Assembly: GCA_034530615.2 (NCBI GenBank)
Contig: JAVRCV020000051.1
Coordinates: 1-64,000 of the forward strand
Source: Aulosira sp. ZfuVER01
GTDB lineage: Bacteria; Cyanobacteriota; Cyanobacteriia; Cyanobacteriales; Nostocaceae
Reading direction: 5' to 3'
DNA length: 64,000 bases
Shown: positions 60,109 to 64,000 of the stretch, one piece after another
Layout: every line of letters begins with the position of its first letter
Position numbering within the stretch: position 1 is the stretch's first letter
The notes under the pieces: model-generated
Told to the model about the DNA's origin: nothing
Databases searched by the model: none
Seen by the model: the letters and a program-made list of their open reading frames with translations, nothing else
Position numbers and translations under genes: made by a program

Positions 60109-61473
60109 TATCATGCTAGTTGCTATATATTAACATCATCAAACACATCTAACTTCCAGAACAAAAAGCTAATATTCTTGGAATTAGTTTCAGGAAACAA
60201 GCAATGCCATTAATATTAAAAATGCGAGTTTTCTCAAAGGTTGTTCATTTTCCAATAAAATATAAAAGGTATGATTCATTTGTTACTGTTGTGACAGGGA
60301 AAATAGCGCACACTTGCCGTGAAACTAATTTTCATCGGCAAAAGTATCGCGGCTAAAAGCTGACTGTTAAGTTTTCAAAATCAATGGGTATCCATGCTGT
60401 TAACTAAATAAAGATTACCCAGATTTTTCTTTATCAAAAGCATTTCTCTTTCTCTCTATACTCAGTTCGCTACAAAACTCTGGAGAGAACATAATACCAC
60501 AACATCTAACAATCAAGAGTGTGAATATCATTATTGTTAAATGCTGGCTTGTAAAGATGTTTTAGTAGCATGTGTAGTTTGCGATCGCTCGTGGTAAAGT
60601 TCACACTAACTAGCTACGTCTCCGGAGGAGGAAGAGTTTTCGCACTTCTTCATGTTAAAGTCATCAAACTTCATACTCTTAAATTCAGATTTTTTGGAGA
60701 GTAAGGCTTTGGTAATTTTGGTTTTCGCATCCTCTAAGAGCTTTGACACTGTTATTTATTAGACTGTTACTATCTTCTGATGCAAGCAGTCTCTTTCATC
60801 AATCATTATTCTGACAGAAAAGCAACATCTGTTAATGCTATTCAAATCTGCACAATTCATCTATAATTGCTAGAAATTTTTTAAATTTCCACCAATTTAT
60901 ATATTTCAGTAGGTCTCTTGAATAAATGAATATTTTCAATCATTAATTTTGGGTCTCTGATTGCTCATTTTCTCAATTACTAGCGTACTAGAGATGTGGT
61001 AGATTCAACTTATAGATCAACCTAGAGCTACTGATGGAATCAAATTTTAATTCCAGATAGGTACTCTAACTATCAAAGCATTTTCAGCTTGCTATTCAAA
61101 CATGATGCAAATAACCATCACTGTATAAAAAATATTGTACACCTCAATATTTTTTAAGTGCATTTATTATTGCCATTTTGGCTAAAATTTAAATAATCTT
61201 TATTCAAGTGTTAATTAACAGTATTCATCTAGCTTTATAAAAGAATTATAAAGTAGCCTTTGATCTGCTAAACTTTTAATGAATAAAATTCATAAATAAT
61301 AGAATTCTGAATTAAAAAAAAGGCAGATATTGAAACAAGTTGGCTTAATTTAAGCTAACCCTACCATCTATAAAAATTTTATTTATTGTGCTAATTTATA
61401 CATTTTAATTAGCCCTAATAGTCACTATAAAAATATAAGAATATAGTTACTTCATAAAGTTTTAAGCAAGTAA

Positions 61474-61692
61474 CTAGTACCGCTGCGCGGTAGTCAATAG
61501 ACTTTTCCTCTAGGGCAGCACCAAGGTTAGAGTTTTTAGGAGGAGCCAGTCACGTGTGGTGAAACCAGCGCAGCGGTAGGGTTTCCTCCATGAGCGACTG
61601 CTGTTAGCATAGCGGTGAGCCAGTCCGGTGGACAGGTTCTCTGGCATAAAGGAGCCGGCGCGTTCGGTCGCCAGACTTGAAGCGACTGGCGT
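61474..61692. repeat. Composite of nested short dispersed repeats
   Basis: GC-rich patch in AT-rich DNA; several GAGCCAGT-like starts and GCGACTG(G/C)C ends, preceded by ctagtaccgctgcgcgg. Confidence 0.65.
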
Positions 61693-61854
61693 GAACTGTC
61701 TCACCCGTCTGTTCAACCTAACCTACGCATCTACGCATCTGTCGCATAATTTTATTGAATTGGTATAACTGGCAAAGAAGCAATAGTTTAGCCATTGCTG
61801 AATGCAGGCTATATGATATTGTTCAGCAAGCTTTGATCCCCGTTTGGGGCAGTA

Positions 61855-63495
61855 CTATTCAAATTGAAGTTGAGGTACGAGTTGCAGAGTACCAAGACCT
61901 AAATCTTTTGGAGAAAGCGATCGCGCTTCAAACAGAGCCATCATATCTCGTAATTGTGGGTTGCCACGAGCCGCTCCTGTCAATCCTTTAGCAATGATTA
62001 AACCACAGTAGCCCTCGGTATTTTGACACCGCTGATTCCATTTTTTTCGGGCTTCTACATGAATGGGATCGTTATCTAAAAATTCACCAAATAGGAACAA
62101 TTCACCATTGTGAGTTTGTAATAAACCCAAATCATAGTTATTGCCATCAAAGGGATCGGCACCAGGATTAAAGCAAATTGCGTTCAATCCCCCAGCGGCT
62201 TCTAAATGTTCAATAACTGTCTTACCCCTAGGACGAGAAGTTTGAATTAAAATTACTGGCAACCCATCACCTACTTGTTGAATTTCACCAACAGGATGAT
62301 AGGTAACGCCTTGACGTAAATACTCCAGCATCTCCCAAGAGACTACTCCCAAACTAAGAAAAGAGTCTTCTGGGATCAAATCATCTCTCAAGGAACGGAA
62401 CACCGAGGAAGATTCTTCTATCTCACCATCCTCGATATCTAAGCCTGCCATTTCCTCTAATTCCGCTGCCAATTCTGGCATGGTAGAGACAGTCACAGAT
62501 ACTGTTTTAGTTGCTTCATTGCACTGAGGAAGCGTAATCCGATAGCGATGGTTCAGGCTAGGGAATGAGTCTCCATAAAGTTGACGACGATGATCGCGGA
62601 TAAAGCGGTTCAAGCTCTCTAAAGCTACAAAAACCACAAGTGCTTCTTCGTCATACAAAACAGACCGCAGTCCTTCTAAAGGATGGATATTACCAAAGGT
62701 AGGGTCAATGTCGGATAACGGCAGATCGGCTAAATCACCATCATCATCGTCAAATTCATCTGTTTCATCACTACGCTCAAAAGTAAGAAACAGACAATCT
62801 TGTTTGAGGAATGCTTCTTCTAAACGTCCTTGTGAATCCTCATCTCTTAAGACGGCGGCGCGAAACTGCTTGAGGGAATCTTCGGAACGATACAACAAAA
62901 TTCCATATTCCATCCCCAGCATTCCCATGACTGAGGCATAGAGTTTACCCACATCCCACTTATTAATCTCTATGGACAAAATTTGTTGTTCTTCTAAAAA
63001 CTCCCACGGAGATGCTTGCCAAATGGCGAATGCCTTTTCTTGTAACGCTTGGGCATACTGGGGGGGTAAATCGGGAGTTTGGCTATCGAGAATTTCGCCA
63101 AAAGAGCGAAACAGCTCGTTAATTAAAGGCAGTTCTGGTGAGTAGTCAATGACAATATCTAAGTCTTGCAGCACCCCACGCAGATAAAATTGAATCTCGC
63201 GATCGCGGACGACAATTCTTTGCGGTCGAGCAGGTTTAGCAGGACTATGGGGATGCTCCATCGCCCGCATGAGAGTGCGAACCACTGCTTCGGGGCCAGT
63301 GTCAGGTGCGACAACATCCATACCTCTGACAATACCTTGAGAGCCATCCACCCACAGTATGCAATCACCCTTGCCCTCTGCGTCTCTTGGCTGAGTTTGT
63401 GATGATGACAACGGACGGCGATCGCCCTCCCATACAGAAGGAATCTGGGATAATTTCTTCAACCGACGACTGGTAGAGCGATTAAAACTTGTCAT
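61855..63495 (-). CDS. Conserved cyanobacterial hypothetical protein
   Basis: 546-aa ORF; SVWEGDRRPL, CILWVDGSQGIVR, SVMGMLGMEYGILLYRS. Confidence 0.8.
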   Translation of the reverse strand: MTSFNRSTSRRLKKLSQIPSVWEGDRRPLSSSQTQPRDAEGKGDCILWVDGSQGIVRGMDVVAPDTGPEAVVRTLMRAMEHPHSPAKPARPQRIVVRDREIQFYLRGVLQDLDIVIDYSPELPLINELFRSFGEILDSQTPDLPPQYAQALQEKAFAIWQASPWEFLEEQQILSIEINKWDVGKLYASVMGMLGMEYGILLYRSEDSLKQFRAAVLRDEDSQGRLEEAFLKQDCLFLTFERSDETDEFDDDDGDLADLPLSDIDPTFGNIHPLEGLRSVLYDEEALVVFVALESLNRFIRDHRRQLYGDSFPSLNHRYRITLPQCNEATKTVSVTVSTMPELAAELEEMAGLDIEDGEIEESSSVFRSLRDDLIPEDSFLSLGVVSWEMLEYLRQGVTYHPVGEIQQVGDGLPVILIQTSRPRGKTVIEHLEAAGGLNAICFNPGADPFDGNNYDLGLLQTHNGELFLFGEFLDNDPIHVEARKKWNQRCQNTEGYCGLIIAKGLTGAARGNPQLRDMMALFEARSLSPKDLGLGTLQLVPQLQFE

Positions 63496-63800
63496 AGAGT
63501 AAGTTAATTAAAAGAAGCAGTTTCTTCGTCAATTTTTGGGAATGGTTAGCCTTGGATAAAATTTTCCTAGCTATACCTGAAGATTGGTTGCGATTCAGGC
63601 TGCCACAAGGCTGAATCTCCAAAAATAGCGAATCTCAAAACGCACCTAATCTCTCAATTCTAGAATAAAAATATTTAGCCGCTTTTGACGGAGTCTTTAC
63701 AATTTGGCAACCAGGGACATCAACATCGCTAGAATAGATACAAAAACACCAATTACAAGCCGAGACTACTGGTTAAACCAATTAAGGAGTTGAACAGCAG

Positions 63801-64000
63801 ATGACACAAGCAATTCAACCGCAACAACGCGGAATTCAGTTGAGCGAAGCTGCATTACTTCAAGTAAAATCGCTACGTGACAAGCAAGGTAAAGATTTAT
63901 GCTTGCGGGTAGGTGTTAGGCAAGGTGGCTGCTCTGGGATGTCTTACATGATGGACTTTGAAGACTCCAGCAAGATCACCCCCCAGGATGAAGTTTTTGA
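63801..64000 (+). CDS. iscA: Fe-S cluster assembly A-type carrier (IscA/HesB family), partial at the window end
   Basis: AAGGAG ribosome-binding site; MTQAIQPQQRGIQLSEAA...LRVGVRQGGCSGMSYMMDF. Confidence 0.9.
   Translation, partial: MTQAIQPQQRGIQLSEAALLQVKSLRDKQGKDLCLRVGVRQGGCSGMSYMMDFEDSSKITPQDEVF

Noticed and set aside
61510..61716. 68-aa ORF
   Set aside because: Lies almost entirely within the nested GC-rich repeat composite

Overview
Chromosomal window from a filamentous heterocyst-forming (Nostocales-like) cyanobacterium, judged from dense HIP1 octamers (GCGATCGC), heptameric STRR arrays, short dispersed repeats and psbB-psbT. Most of it is housekeeping or metabolic: HIT, fibrillin, nblB-like and cpcS-like genes, a cyanobacteriochrome kinase/response regulator/hybrid kinase operon, holA, a peptide ABC transporter, psbB-psbT-rps1, a hopanoid cluster (hpnH, hpnA, RND transporter, hpnG, hpnB, shc), aroE, ppk1 with a clear Pho box, zds and the start of iscA. 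The most notable part is a ~7.2 kb accessory island at 28.9-36.1 kb. It holds an apparently intact 990-aa pPIWI-RE (Argonaute/PIWI-superfamily) gene, only the C-terminal part of its partner DinG-type helicase, a divergent HIP1-free PLD-nuclease/SF2-helicase fusion where the usual restriction-nuclease gene would be, and remnants of an XRE/ImmA-like regulator pair cut at a HIP1 site. At the left edge, comM breaks just before its Walker A motif, which suggests an integration junction. All family calls come from recognising motifs by eye; no searches were run.
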